Assembly (NCBI GenBank): GCA_016235455.1
Contig: JACRKZ010000096.1
Location: forward strand, 1 to 31,962
DNA: 31,962 nucleotides
DNA from: Armatimonadota bacterium
GTDB lineage: Bacteria; Armatimonadota; UBA10988
Reading direction: 5' to 3'
Part shown: piece by piece, positions 15,705 to 23,913 of the stretch
How positions within the stretch are numbered: the stretch's first letter is position 1
Layout: the number at the start of each line of letters is the position of its first letter
Position numbers and translations under genes: made by a program
The notes under the pieces: generated by a model
The model's database searches: none
What the model was told of the DNA's origin: nothing
What the model saw: only the letters and a program-made list of their open reading frames with translations

Positions 15705-18128
15705 ATGCGACGGTTCGCGTTACTGCTGGTGGTGGCCTGCGTGATGGCGGCGGCCGCCGAGGACTTGAAGCCGGGCGACCGGCTGCCCGACTGCCACAAG
15801 GTACCGCTGCTCACGCTGGGCGCCGAGTACCGGCCGCACTACGACCAGGTGCCGAGCCTCGAGTCGCTGTTGCTGAGCGACGGCGTGCTGGTGGTCCATT
15901 TCACCTCGCCGCGGCCGCCGCGCAATGCGCCGTTCCGCACCTGGCTGGGCGAAGAGGTCGCGGCGTTGGGCAAGGCCTGCCTGACCGCGCCCTACCGGAC
16001 CCGCGCCGTGGTTGTGGTGCCCCTGGGCGACAAGGGCCGGCGTGACGCCCTCACGGTGCTGGCCAACTCGCCCGACAAGCCCTGGCAAGGCCAGGACCGG
16101 GTGGACCTGTTCTACGAACCGACCTGGCCACGGCCAGGCCTCTACCGCACCTTCCGGCCCGGCGCCGCCGAGGACGAGGCGCACGGGCTCACCTTGCCAT
16201 TGACCGTGGTGCTGGGTCCTCATCGCGAGATCATCGCCCTGCGCGGGTCGGGCGAGGGCGGCGAGCTCTACGACTGGCTGGTGCGCAGCCTGCCGGCCCA
16301 GCTGATCACCGCGCCCCGGCCGCCCAGCGGCACGGCCAGTCTGCCCGCAGGGCCAGCCGACTGGCCCGCCTTCCGCCGCAACGCCGGGCACCAGGCAGAG
16401 TCGCCCGCGGTGCCCAACACGCTGCCCTATCTCTACCGGGCCTGGCAGGCAGAGGCCGGCCAGACCTTCGCCAGCCCTGCGGTGGCAGATGGGACGGTCT
16501 ACGCCCTGACCGACGAAGACGGGCTGCGCAGCTACGCGCTGGCCGACGGCCAGGCTGGCGAGACCTTTGAGCTCGATAGCGCCGCCAGCGCCAAACTGCC
16601 ACCGGACATGAAGCCCGGCGAGCAGGCCGGCGCCATCGGCCCGCACGTCTGGAGCAGCCCGGTGGTCGCGGGTGACCGGCTCTATCTGGCCACCGGCGCG
16701 GGCGAGGTGATCTGCCTGAGCCGCGCCGACTTCGCGCCGCTCTGGCGCCGGTCGCTAGGTGGCCTGGTCACCTCATCGCCGCTGGTGGCCGAGGGCGCGC
16801 TGTACCTGGGCTCGCGCGGCGGCGCGGTCTACGCGCTCGACGCGGCCGATGGCGCGCTGCTGTGGCGCTTCCAGACCGGCGGCGAAGTCAGCTCGTCGCC
16901 CGCGCTCAGCGCCGGCACGCTGCTGGTCGGTTCGGGCGACCGGCGGCTCTATGCGCTCGACGCCCGCAGCGGCGAGGAGCGCTGGTCGCTGGAGACCAGC
17001 GGCGCGGTCGATTCCTCGCCCACGGTGGCCGGTGACGCGGTGGTGGTCGGCTCCTTCGACGGCTGCGTCTACAGCGCGCGGCTGGCCGACGGCAAGCTCA
17101 ACTGGCGCTGCCCGCTGGGCGGCTGGGTGCACTCTTCGGCCGCGGTCAGCGACGATACGGTGTACATTGGCACCGTCAACTACCCACGCACGCTGACACC
17201 GCGCTTCGCCTGGCTCGACCTGCGCTCGGGCGCGGTCAAAGCCAGCTTCGACATGCCCGACGCGGTCTACTCGTCGCCGACGCTGTGGGATGCACTGGTG
17301 CTGGTCGGCTGCCGCGACGGCAAGCTCTACGCCTTCGACCGCACCGGCCGTCAGTCGCAGCCGCTGTGGACCTTCGCGACGGGTGACCATCTACACGCCT
17401 CACCCGTGGTGGTCGGGTCGACCGTGCTGCTGCACTCGACCGACGGCCAGCTCTACGCCTTGCGGTCGGCGCGGCCCATCGAAGCCTGGACCGCCGAGGA
17501 GGTCACGCCGCGCTGGTTCATGGCGGCACTGGCCAAGCAACTCCACCAGGGCTCAGCCGAGCTCATTGCGCGAGCCAGCGCGGGTGCCGTCGGTGAGAGC
17601 TACCGACTGCCCGACTTCGACACGCTCTATTCGGCGGTCAAGGCCCAGGTGGCCAACCCGGAGCGCCGCACCCGCGTGCTGCCGCGCGACGTGCCGTCCG
17701 ACCATCCGGGCGCGCCGTACATTGAGTACGTGCTGACCGCCGGCTTGCTGAGCGGGTATCCCGACGCCACCTTCCGGCCCACCGAGCCCCCGACGCACAG
17801 CGAGCTGGCCGGCGCGCTGGCCGGCGTGCTGGACTGGATTTCACGGCCCGACTACGTGTGGCGCGTACTCAAGGATCGTGATCTGGCCACCGGCAATGCC
17901 AACGTCGAGGTCAAGCTGGAGCCGATCGCCGGCCGCGGCCGCCGCAAGCCCAGCGACCTGCCTGACGGACACTGGGCGGCTGGGCGCATCGCCAGGCTGG
18001 CCGAGTTGGGCGCATTGCAGCTCGATGAGAACAACGCATTTGGCGGCGAGGTGCAGGTCACGCTCAGCCACGCGCGCACGCAGTGGACGCTGATCAGCCA
18101 GGCGCTGCGCGTGACGCGGACCAAGTAA
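15705..18128 (+). CDS. Secreted protein: thioredoxin-like N-terminal domain, 8-bladed PQQ-like (BamB-type) beta-propeller, and SLH domains
   Basis: Signal peptide; LKPGDRLPD; eight [SA]S[PA]x[VL] blade repeats; SLH-like DVPSDHPGAPYIEYVLTAGLLSGYPDATFRP and SDLPDGHWAAGRIARLAELG. Confidence 0.8.
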   Translation: MRRFALLLVVACVMAAAAEDLKPGDRLPDCHKVPLLTLGAEYRPHYDQVPSLESLLLSDGVLVVHFTSPRPPRNAPFRTWLGEEVAALGKACLTAPYRTRAVVVVPLGDKGRRDALTVLANSPDKPWQGQDRVDLFYEPTWPRPGLYRTFRPGAAEDEAHGLTLPLTVVLGPHREIIALRGSGEGGELYDWLVRSLPAQLITAPRPPSGTASLPAGPADWPAFRRNAGHQAESPAVPNTLPYLYRAWQAEAGQTFASPAVADGTVYALTDEDGLRSYALADGQAGETFELDSAASAKLPPDMKPGEQAGAIGPHVWSSPVVAGDRLYLATGAGEVICLSRADFAPLWRRSLGGLVTSSPLVAEGALYLGSRGGAVYALDAADGALLWRFQTGGEVSSSPALSAGTLLVGSGDRRLYALDARSGEERWSLETSGAVDSSPTVAGDAVVVGSFDGCVYSARLADGKLNWRCPLGGWVHSSAAVSDDTVYIGTVNYPRTLTPRFAWLDLRSGAVKASFDMPDAVYSSPTLWDALVLVGCRDGKLYAFDRTGRQSQPLWTFATGDHLHASPVVVGSTVLLHSTDGQLYALRSARPIEAWTAEEVTPRWFMAALAKQLHQGSAELIARASAGAVGESYRLPDFDTLYSAVKAQVANPERRTRVLPRDVPSDHPGAPYIEYVLTAGLLSGYPDATFRPTEPPTHSELAGALAGVLDWISRPDYVWRVLKDRDLATGNANVEVKLEPIAGRGRRKPSDLPDGHWAAGRIARLAELGALQLDENNAFGGEVQVTLSHARTQWTLISQALRVTRTK

Positions 18129-18131
18129 GCC

Positions 18132-18166
18132 GCCCTGGCGCCACGGCGCCGTGTGTGGCACGCTGG
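18132..18166 (+). promoter_or_regulatory. Bipartite motif GCCCTGGCGC-N14-TGGCACGCTGG (copy 1)
   Basis: Same boxes with identical spacing recur at 19108-19142. Confidence 0.5.
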
Positions 18167-18198
18167 CCACGACAACCCATCCTAGGCGAGGTAGAACG

Positions 18199-19062
18199 AT
18201 GAGACTGATCCTGATTGCCCTGGCGCTGCTGCTGGCCGCGGCCTGGGCGTTGCATGCTCAGCAGACCAACGCGCCCAAGGCCGAACCGACCAACGCCGCC
18301 GAAGCCGCGACGCAGCAGGCTGCGCTGGCCAAGGCCGCGGCGGACCGCAAGCTGGAAGAGGACTACCAGGCCTGGGTGGCCAAGCTGCCGGCCGACCAGC
18401 AGGCCTGGGAGAAGGTGCTGGGCGAGTGCCTGGGCAGCTTCTACCTGCCCATCCACAAGCGCGAGAAGGTCGCTGGGAAGTCCAACGCCTGGGACTTCGT
18501 GGTCGACGACCCCAAGCTGCCGCGCGTGCTGCTCATCGGCGACAGCGTCTCACGCGGCTACACGCTCGATGTGCGGAAGGCGCTGGCGGGCCGGGCCAAT
18601 GTGCACCGCGCCCCGGAGAACTGCGGGCCGACGGCCAATGGCCTCAAGAAGATCGACATCTGGCTGGGCGACGGCAAGTGGGACCTGATCCACTTCAACT
18701 TCGGCATCCACGACCGCGCCACGCCCATCGCCGACTACACCAAGCGCCTGACGCAGCTCATCGAGCGCATGAAGGCGACGGGCGCGAAGCTGATGTGGGC
18801 CAGCACCACGCCCATCCCCGACGACGCCAAGACCGGCCAGACCGCCGCCAGCATCGTCGAGCGCAACGCCGCCGCGGCCGAGCTGATGAAGGCGCAGGGC
18901 GTGGCCATCGACGACCTGTTCGCAACCATCACGCCACGTCTGGCCGAGCTGCAGAATCCGGGCGACGTGCACTTCGGCGGGCCCGGCTACCGGTTCCTCG
19001 GCGAGGCCGTGGCCAAGGCCATCGAGGCAGACCTGGCCCCGACAGGCCAGCCGGCGCGTTAG
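18199..19062 (+). CDS. Secreted SGNH/GDSL hydrolase (probable carbohydrate esterase), 287 aa
   Basis: LLIGDSVS (block I), FNFGIHD (block III), DVHF (block V); signal peptide MRLILIALALLLAAAWALHA; GAGGT RBS. Confidence 0.9.
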   Translation: MRLILIALALLLAAAWALHAQQTNAPKAEPTNAAEAATQQAALAKAAADRKLEEDYQAWVAKLPADQQAWEKVLGECLGSFYLPIHKREKVAGKSNAWDFVVDDPKLPRVLLIGDSVSRGYTLDVRKALAGRANVHRAPENCGPTANGLKKIDIWLGDGKWDLIHFNFGIHDRATPIADYTKRLTQLIERMKATGAKLMWASTTPIPDDAKTGQTAASIVERNAAAAELMKAQGVAIDDLFATITPRLAELQNPGDVHFGGPGYRFLGEAVAKAIEADLAPTGQPAR

Positions 19063-19107
19063 GCCCAACCGCCTGGGGCAGCACCGACCCGCCATGGCAC
19101 GAACGCA

Positions 19108-19142
19108 GCCCTGGCGCGACCGCTCGACTCATGGCACGCTGG
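19108..19142 (+). promoter_or_regulatory. Bipartite motif GCCCTGGCGC-N14-TGGCACGCTGG (copy 2)
   Basis: Exact box and spacing match to 18132-18166. Confidence 0.5.
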
Positions 19143-19188
19143 TGACGGCGTCGCTGCCAGCCAGGCCGCGACCGAGGGGAGATGAGCC

Positions 19189-21069
19189 ATGTGGGTGGCT
19201 CTGCTGCTGCTGTTGGGCGCGTGCTCGGCTCGGGCCGATGGACCCGTGCTGCCGACACTGACCATCGTCTTCGCCAAGGACACCTACGAACTCGGCGAGC
19301 CGATCGACGTGACCATGCGCTACACCGTGACCGGGCCGGAGACGATTCCGGTGGCGGTGATCACCTACGACCGCTCCGGCCGCATCGGCTCGTATGGCTT
19401 TCGCGCCCGAGACGACCAGGGCCAGACCGTGCGCCTGCCGTGGGAGTTCTGGGGCGGCGTTGGCGGCGGGGCCTTCGGCATGGCGACGGTCAGCCGTCAG
19501 CGGCCGTTCGAGCAGAAAGTCAAGCTCAACGAGTGGCTGGCCTTCGACCGGCCCGGCACCTATGAGGTGACCGGCCACTCGAGCATCGTCGGCGGCATTC
19601 ACGGCCCGTTACCGACCAACGGGCCGCAGATGCTCAGCGCGCCGGTGCGGCTGCACCTCGTCGACTACGACCCGCAGCGCCGCGCGCAGCGGCTGGCCGA
19701 ACTGGGCGAGACGATCAAGTCGTCCGACGAGCGCAAGCGGCACGACGCCTACCAGGAGCTGGGCTACCTGCTCGACCCGCGCGCCATTCCGCTGTTGGTG
19801 CGCGGCGTGACGGACCAGGGGCGCAACTGCTCGTTCGCGGCGAGCGCCGGCCTCCGTTCATTGCGCGACCGCGCGCCGGCCGAGGCGGCGATCCTCGAGC
19901 GGGTCAAGCACGGTCGGCCCGTGCCCACGCCCGACGAGCTGGGCACGTTCTCGTGGCTGCTGGGCCAGCTCGATGGCGACATCGCCGGTAAGTCGACCGG
20001 CTGGCGCCCTGACGTCGAGTGGCGCAAGCGGCTGGGCGCCATGCTCCGGCAGCGCCAGCCCCGCGTGCCCGACGAGCAAGTCGCGCAGTACGTGATCGAA
20101 GGCGTGGGCGACGGACTGGTGGCCGGCGACGATGTCGGCCTTTGGCGGCGGATGCTGGTCCACGCCGACCATCTGCCGCGCGGACTGGCCGAGCGGGCCG
20201 GGTCCGCGGTGGCCCGCTACTGCGCGGTCAGCGCGCTGCAACGCGAGCTGACGCGCGTGGCCGCGGACCAGTGGCTGCCGGGCGAACTGCGCGGCGGGGC
20301 CATGCTGGCGCTGCATCGCCTGGGCGACGACCGGCAGCGCGACCGCATCGTGCTCGACGTGATGCGGCCGAGGCCGGAGTTCGGGCGGCTGGCGCTCAGC
20401 GCATTGGGCAACTACCGCGGTGCTGAAGTCGGCGCCGCGCTGCTCACGCTGGCCACGAGCCAGTCCCAGAACTACCAGGTGGCGGAGGCGGCGGCCCAGC
20501 GATTGCTGGACTTGAGCCCGTTGGTGCCTGGCCCGCGGCTGGCGAAGGCGTTGCGGCTCCACCCCTACTGCCCCGGCCGCGATTACCTGCTCGAGGCGCT
20601 GGCCTTGACCGATGCCGACCTGGCCCGGACGCTGGTGCGCGAGTTCGCAGCGCAGTGTCAGCCAGTCTGGGTCAGGTCATCCACGGCGATGCGCCTGGCC
20701 GTGGCGCTGGACATGCGCGACGTGGTCGGCACGGTGTTCACCTGTGGCGACCGCGACTCGCTCGAGAAGCTGCTGCGCGGCATGCAGGAGGCGTGGCAGG
20801 AGCAGGCCTGGACCAAGGATCGTCAGCCCTGGCGCGGGCCGCGCCCGCGCTGCCAGGCCAGACGCGACACCATCGCGCGCTGGTTCCCCGAACTGCTGGA
20901 TGCGGCTTCCCAGCCGGCCGGTGAGCACGGCGGTCCGAGCGGCCTGGCGGCATCGGTGCTGCAGTCGATTACCGGCGACAGTCGCTACCGTCTGGCACAT
21001 CGTGACGAGCCGATAGAGCCATACTGGCGCCTGTGGTGGGCGCTGAACCGCCGGCGGCTGGGCAGGTAG
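19189..21069 (+). CDS. Exported hypothetical protein: Ig-like N-terminal domain plus HEAT/ARM-like helical repeats (possible lipoprotein)
   Basis: MWVALLLLLGAC (lipobox-like); YELGEPIDVTM...FDRPGTYEV beta-sandwich; RHDAYQELGYLLDPRAIPLLV HEAT-like; GC3-biased codons. Confidence 0.7.
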   Translation: MWVALLLLLGACSARADGPVLPTLTIVFAKDTYELGEPIDVTMRYTVTGPETIPVAVITYDRSGRIGSYGFRARDDQGQTVRLPWEFWGGVGGGAFGMATVSRQRPFEQKVKLNEWLAFDRPGTYEVTGHSSIVGGIHGPLPTNGPQMLSAPVRLHLVDYDPQRRAQRLAELGETIKSSDERKRHDAYQELGYLLDPRAIPLLVRGVTDQGRNCSFAASAGLRSLRDRAPAEAAILERVKHGRPVPTPDELGTFSWLLGQLDGDIAGKSTGWRPDVEWRKRLGAMLRQRQPRVPDEQVAQYVIEGVGDGLVAGDDVGLWRRMLVHADHLPRGLAERAGSAVARYCAVSALQRELTRVAADQWLPGELRGGAMLALHRLGDDRQRDRIVLDVMRPRPEFGRLALSALGNYRGAEVGAALLTLATSQSQNYQVAEAAAQRLLDLSPLVPGPRLAKALRLHPYCPGRDYLLEALALTDADLARTLVREFAAQCQPVWVRSSTAMRLAVALDMRDVVGTVFTCGDRDSLEKLLRGMQEAWQEQAWTKDRQPWRGPRPRCQARRDTIARWFPELLDAASQPAGEHGGPSGLAASVLQSITGDSRYRLAHRDEPIEPYWRLWWALNRRRLGR

Positions 21070-21138
21070 GTGGCCTGGGCCCAGCCGCGCCTGCGACCCG
21101 GTACCAAACACCGCGAGGCGGGCCTGCTTTGGCCCGAC

Positions 21139-23694
21139 TCAGCGCGCATAGACCCTCAACTCGTTGACGACGCCGTCGAACCCGAACCGCTTCCACCGCC
21201 GCACGTAACGGAAGGCGGGCAGGCCGCTCGGCACATTGGCGGTCCAGATGCCTCCCGCCTGCGGGTCAGCGTCCAAGCCTTGCTGGCCGAGAACGGTGTA
21301 GCTGCCGAAGGCAGGATCGTTGGATGCCAACACCTCGAACTCGGTCCGGCTGAGCGTGTGGTCGCCCGTGTCGTTGCGCAGCAGCATCTCCACTCGGGTG
21401 AGCGTGGCCTCGCGGCCCAGGTCCACCTGGACCCACCCCACGCCGGGGAAGCCTGGATACCAGCAGGTGCCGCTCTGGCCGTCGAACGCGCGGGCCGCCG
21501 CCTCCCCTGGCGTGTTCACCGCCGAGGCGGTGTAGGCCGCCTCCGGCCTGCCCTGGGCGATCTCCTGGCCCTTGTCGGCCGCGGTCACCGTCACCTTGAC
21601 GTCGGCATGCACCTCGGCCGCGAGATCGGTCGCCGTCAGGCGCAAGACATACTCACCCGGCACCGAGAACGCCACGGGCAGGCTGAGCGCCCGCGTCTGC
21701 TGGCCGTAGAAGCTGACCTCGCCCGGCCCGCTGACCTTGGTCCAAGCGTAGTGCAACACGTTGTGCGGCTGGCCGTCGTCAGTCAGGCGGGCGGTCAGGC
21801 GCAGAGCGTCCAGCAAGCCGGTGGTTGCCGATGGCGCCAGAACGATGGTCGGGGCCTGGTTCTTGCCGCGGCCGGCAGGCAGGCGCCCGAGCAGGTCTCG
21901 ATAGGCGGGTTGCAGACCGGCGGCTTCCACCGTGGCCTTCGCCACGGGCCTCGCCGCCCAGTTGGCGGTGGCGTCGACGACGGTGCCCTCCTCGACGATG
22001 CCCGGTTCCTGGTGCAGGTCCATGCGGCGGCTGCGCGCGTTGTCCGTGTAGTTGTCGCGCAACGTGTGATGGCTACCCTTCATCAGGTACCAGCAGCCGA
22101 GGGTGCCGTCGATGACGTTGCGCTCAACTGTCCAGTAGCGACAGTCGTTGTCCAGATAGACTCCCTGGCTGTCGCGGCCATGGACCCCACTGATGTAGTT
22201 ATCGCTAAAGACGCTGGGTGTGCCGTCGGAGCTACCGTCCATCCAGGTGTAGAATGCGCCGCCGTCGGCCGTTGAGCCCATGGTGTTGACGATCCGATTG
22301 TAGCGTACGCTCAGCGCTCCATACCTGGCGGGGGCATTGCCGAACAGCTTGTTGACCAGCAGGCCGATGTACGGCACGTCCACCACCATGTTGTGGTGGA
22401 TCTGAGCATCCAGCAGCTTGCCGGCCAGCAGCGCCGCACCCATGCGGTAGTCCTGGTTGGTGCGCCAGAAGAGGTTGTTGGTCACGCTCAGGCGTTCGGG
22501 CGCCCGTTTGGGGTCCAGCACACTGCCCAGGCCCAGGCCGTCGGCCGAGATGTCCGCGAAGACGCAGCCATTCACCTGCGAGTCGTCCACCTGGTTCAGA
22601 TGAAGGCCCACGCCGCCCAACCGCTCGAACGAGCAGCGCTCGAATCGCACGCGCCGCGCATCGGTGGCGTAGACATTGGCCAAGGACAGTCCCCCGGCCA
22701 GGCCTCTGCCTTTCGTGGCGAAGCCAGGATCGTAGCCAAACCAGCCCTCGGTGTTGGGGCTGGTCCAGCCCGCTTCGGCAAATGTCAGGCCCTCAAATCG
22801 CAGGTCGTTCGCGCCCTGGATGACCAGCAAGCGCTCGACCGCGGGTGCCACCACCTCCACCTTGGCCATGTCTTCGCCCGGCATGGGCAGGTAGGTCAAC
22901 AGCGCGCTGGCGCGATCGAAGTACCACTCGCCCGGCTCGTCAAGCAGTTCCACTGCGTTCTCGAGGATGACTGGCGCACAGGACTTGAACCCGACGAACG
23001 TCGGGGCCAGCCATTCGGGTACTTCCTTGAGGGCTACGTTGGTGCGACCTCGGTCGCCCGGCTGGACGCCCGTGACGCTGAGGATGTAGTGCCGCCAGGT
23101 GATCTGCTGACGCACCTGCAGGTCAGTGGGCCGCGCGTAGCCAGCGACCTCGGGCCCATCGAGCACCAGACCCAACGGCTGCCCCTTCTCGTTGCGCCAC
23201 ATCCCCTCGGGCACGATGGCCTGCGACCGCGCGCGCGGCCGGCGATGCCCGTCCACATACAGGTCGCGCAGCCCCTCGGGCAGCAGATCCTTGGGCAGGG
23301 CCGCCTGCCAGGCCGCCCGACCGTTGACGGTGACCACACGCCACCCGTCCACGCGCCGGCCCCCACTCAACACTGTGGGTCGGTCGGTCGCCGCGGCGCG
23401 GTAGATCACCGCATGCCCGGCCCGGCCTGAGTCGCGGGCCTCCAGGGTCAGCGTCTCAGTGAGTCGGTAGGTGCCCGGCAGCACCAGCACGGTGATGTCA
23501 CCCGTTATCGACGCATCGCTCCGCGCCCGCAGCGCATCCCTGGCCTGCGCCAGCGACCCGAAGGCGTCCTCGACGCTCGTGCCACTCCGCCCGGTGCCTC
23601 CCGCTGCCACCCAGTAACGGCTCTGTGCACTGACCGGCGTCGCCGCCAAGGCCAGGGCCAGGAGGAGCCCGCACAGGCATCCACAGACACGCAT
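21139..23694 (-). CDS. Secreted right-handed beta-helix glycoside hydrolase (GH141-like) with Ig/PKD-like and F5/8-type C (CBM32-like) domains
   Basis: Signal peptide; PGTYRLTETL, LSGG, ENAVELLDEPGEWYFD, DGGAFYT, GVYLDN; NQAP...DDG...WTKVSGPG...PGEYVLRLTATD; AFDG...WVQVDLG...ELRVY. Confidence 0.82.
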   Translation of the reverse strand: MRVCGCLCGLLLALALAATPVSAQSRYWVAAGGTGRSGTSVEDAFGSLAQARDALRARSDASITGDITVLVLPGTYRLTETLTLEARDSGRAGHAVIYRAAATDRPTVLSGGRRVDGWRVVTVNGRAAWQAALPKDLLPEGLRDLYVDGHRRPRARSQAIVPEGMWRNEKGQPLGLVLDGPEVAGYARPTDLQVRQQITWRHYILSVTGVQPGDRGRTNVALKEVPEWLAPTFVGFKSCAPVILENAVELLDEPGEWYFDRASALLTYLPMPGEDMAKVEVVAPAVERLLVIQGANDLRFEGLTFAEAGWTSPNTEGWFGYDPGFATKGRGLAGGLSLANVYATDARRVRFERCSFERLGGVGLHLNQVDDSQVNGCVFADISADGLGLGSVLDPKRAPERLSVTNNLFWRTNQDYRMGAALLAGKLLDAQIHHNMVVDVPYIGLLVNKLFGNAPARYGALSVRYNRIVNTMGSTADGGAFYTWMDGSSDGTPSVFSDNYISGVHGRDSQGVYLDNDCRYWTVERNVIDGTLGCWYLMKGSHHTLRDNYTDNARSRRMDLHQEPGIVEEGTVVDATANWAARPVAKATVEAAGLQPAYRDLLGRLPAGRGKNQAPTIVLAPSATTGLLDALRLTARLTDDGQPHNVLHYAWTKVSGPGEVSFYGQQTRALSLPVAFSVPGEYVLRLTATDLAAEVHADVKVTVTAADKGQEIAQGRPEAAYTASAVNTPGEAAARAFDGQSGTCWYPGFPGVGWVQVDLGREATLTRVEMLLRNDTGDHTLSRTEFEVLASNDPAFGSYTVLGQQGLDADPQAGGIWTANVPSGLPAFRYVRRWKRFGFDGVVNELRVYAR

Positions 23695-23762
23695 GTTCCC
23701 ATTCTCCAGTCAGTCCCACGCAGGCCCAGGGCCGGCTCCCGCCGACTCGCGACATTCGCGAC

Positions 23763-23787
23763 TTACGCGGGTCACTGACGCGCGTCA
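23763..23787. promoter_or_regulatory. LacI-type operator pair A (TTACGCGGGTCA-c-TGACGCGCGTCA)
   Basis: Contains the perfect 16-bp palindrome ACTGACGCGCGTCAGT (23774-23789) with a central CG; lies upstream of the GH141-like gene. Confidence 0.72.
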
Positions 23788-23836
23788 GTTGAGGTTTGTT
23801 CCCACCTTCGTGGTCACAACGCGTCGGAAGCGCCGC

Positions 23837-23866
23837 TTGACGCCGCGCGGACCAGCCACCTATGCT
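23837..23866 (+). promoter_or_regulatory. Putative sigma70 promoter of the LacI gene (TTGACG-N18-TATGCT)
   Basis: Near-consensus hexamers immediately upstream of operator pair B. Confidence 0.65.
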
Positions 23867-23873
23867 AGCGGCG

Positions 23874-23898
23874 TGACGCGCATCAGTGAAGCGCGTCA
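23874..23898. promoter_or_regulatory. LacI-type operator pair B (TGACGCGCATCA-g-TGAAGCGCGTCA)
   Basis: Two copies of TGACGCGCGTCA, each with one mismatch, at the predicted +1 of the regulator promoter. Confidence 0.72.
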
Positions 23899-23913
23899 TC
23901 GAGGGCTTGGGTG

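Noticed and set aside
15705-18128. bamB or PQQ-dependent dehydrogenase assignment
   Set aside because: No lipobox, extra thioredoxin-like and SLH domains, and no dehydrogenase-specific motifs seen. The repeats only indicate the propeller fold.
18156-18170. Sigma54 promoter at TGGCACGCTGG (also 19132)
   Set aside because: The -12 GC is absent at GG-N10 in both copies (CCAC and TGAC); kept only as a bipartite motif.
21119-21136. CGGGCC-TGCTTT-GGCCCG hairpin between convergent genes
   Set aside because: Only 6 bp with no U-tract; easily arises by chance in GC-rich DNA.
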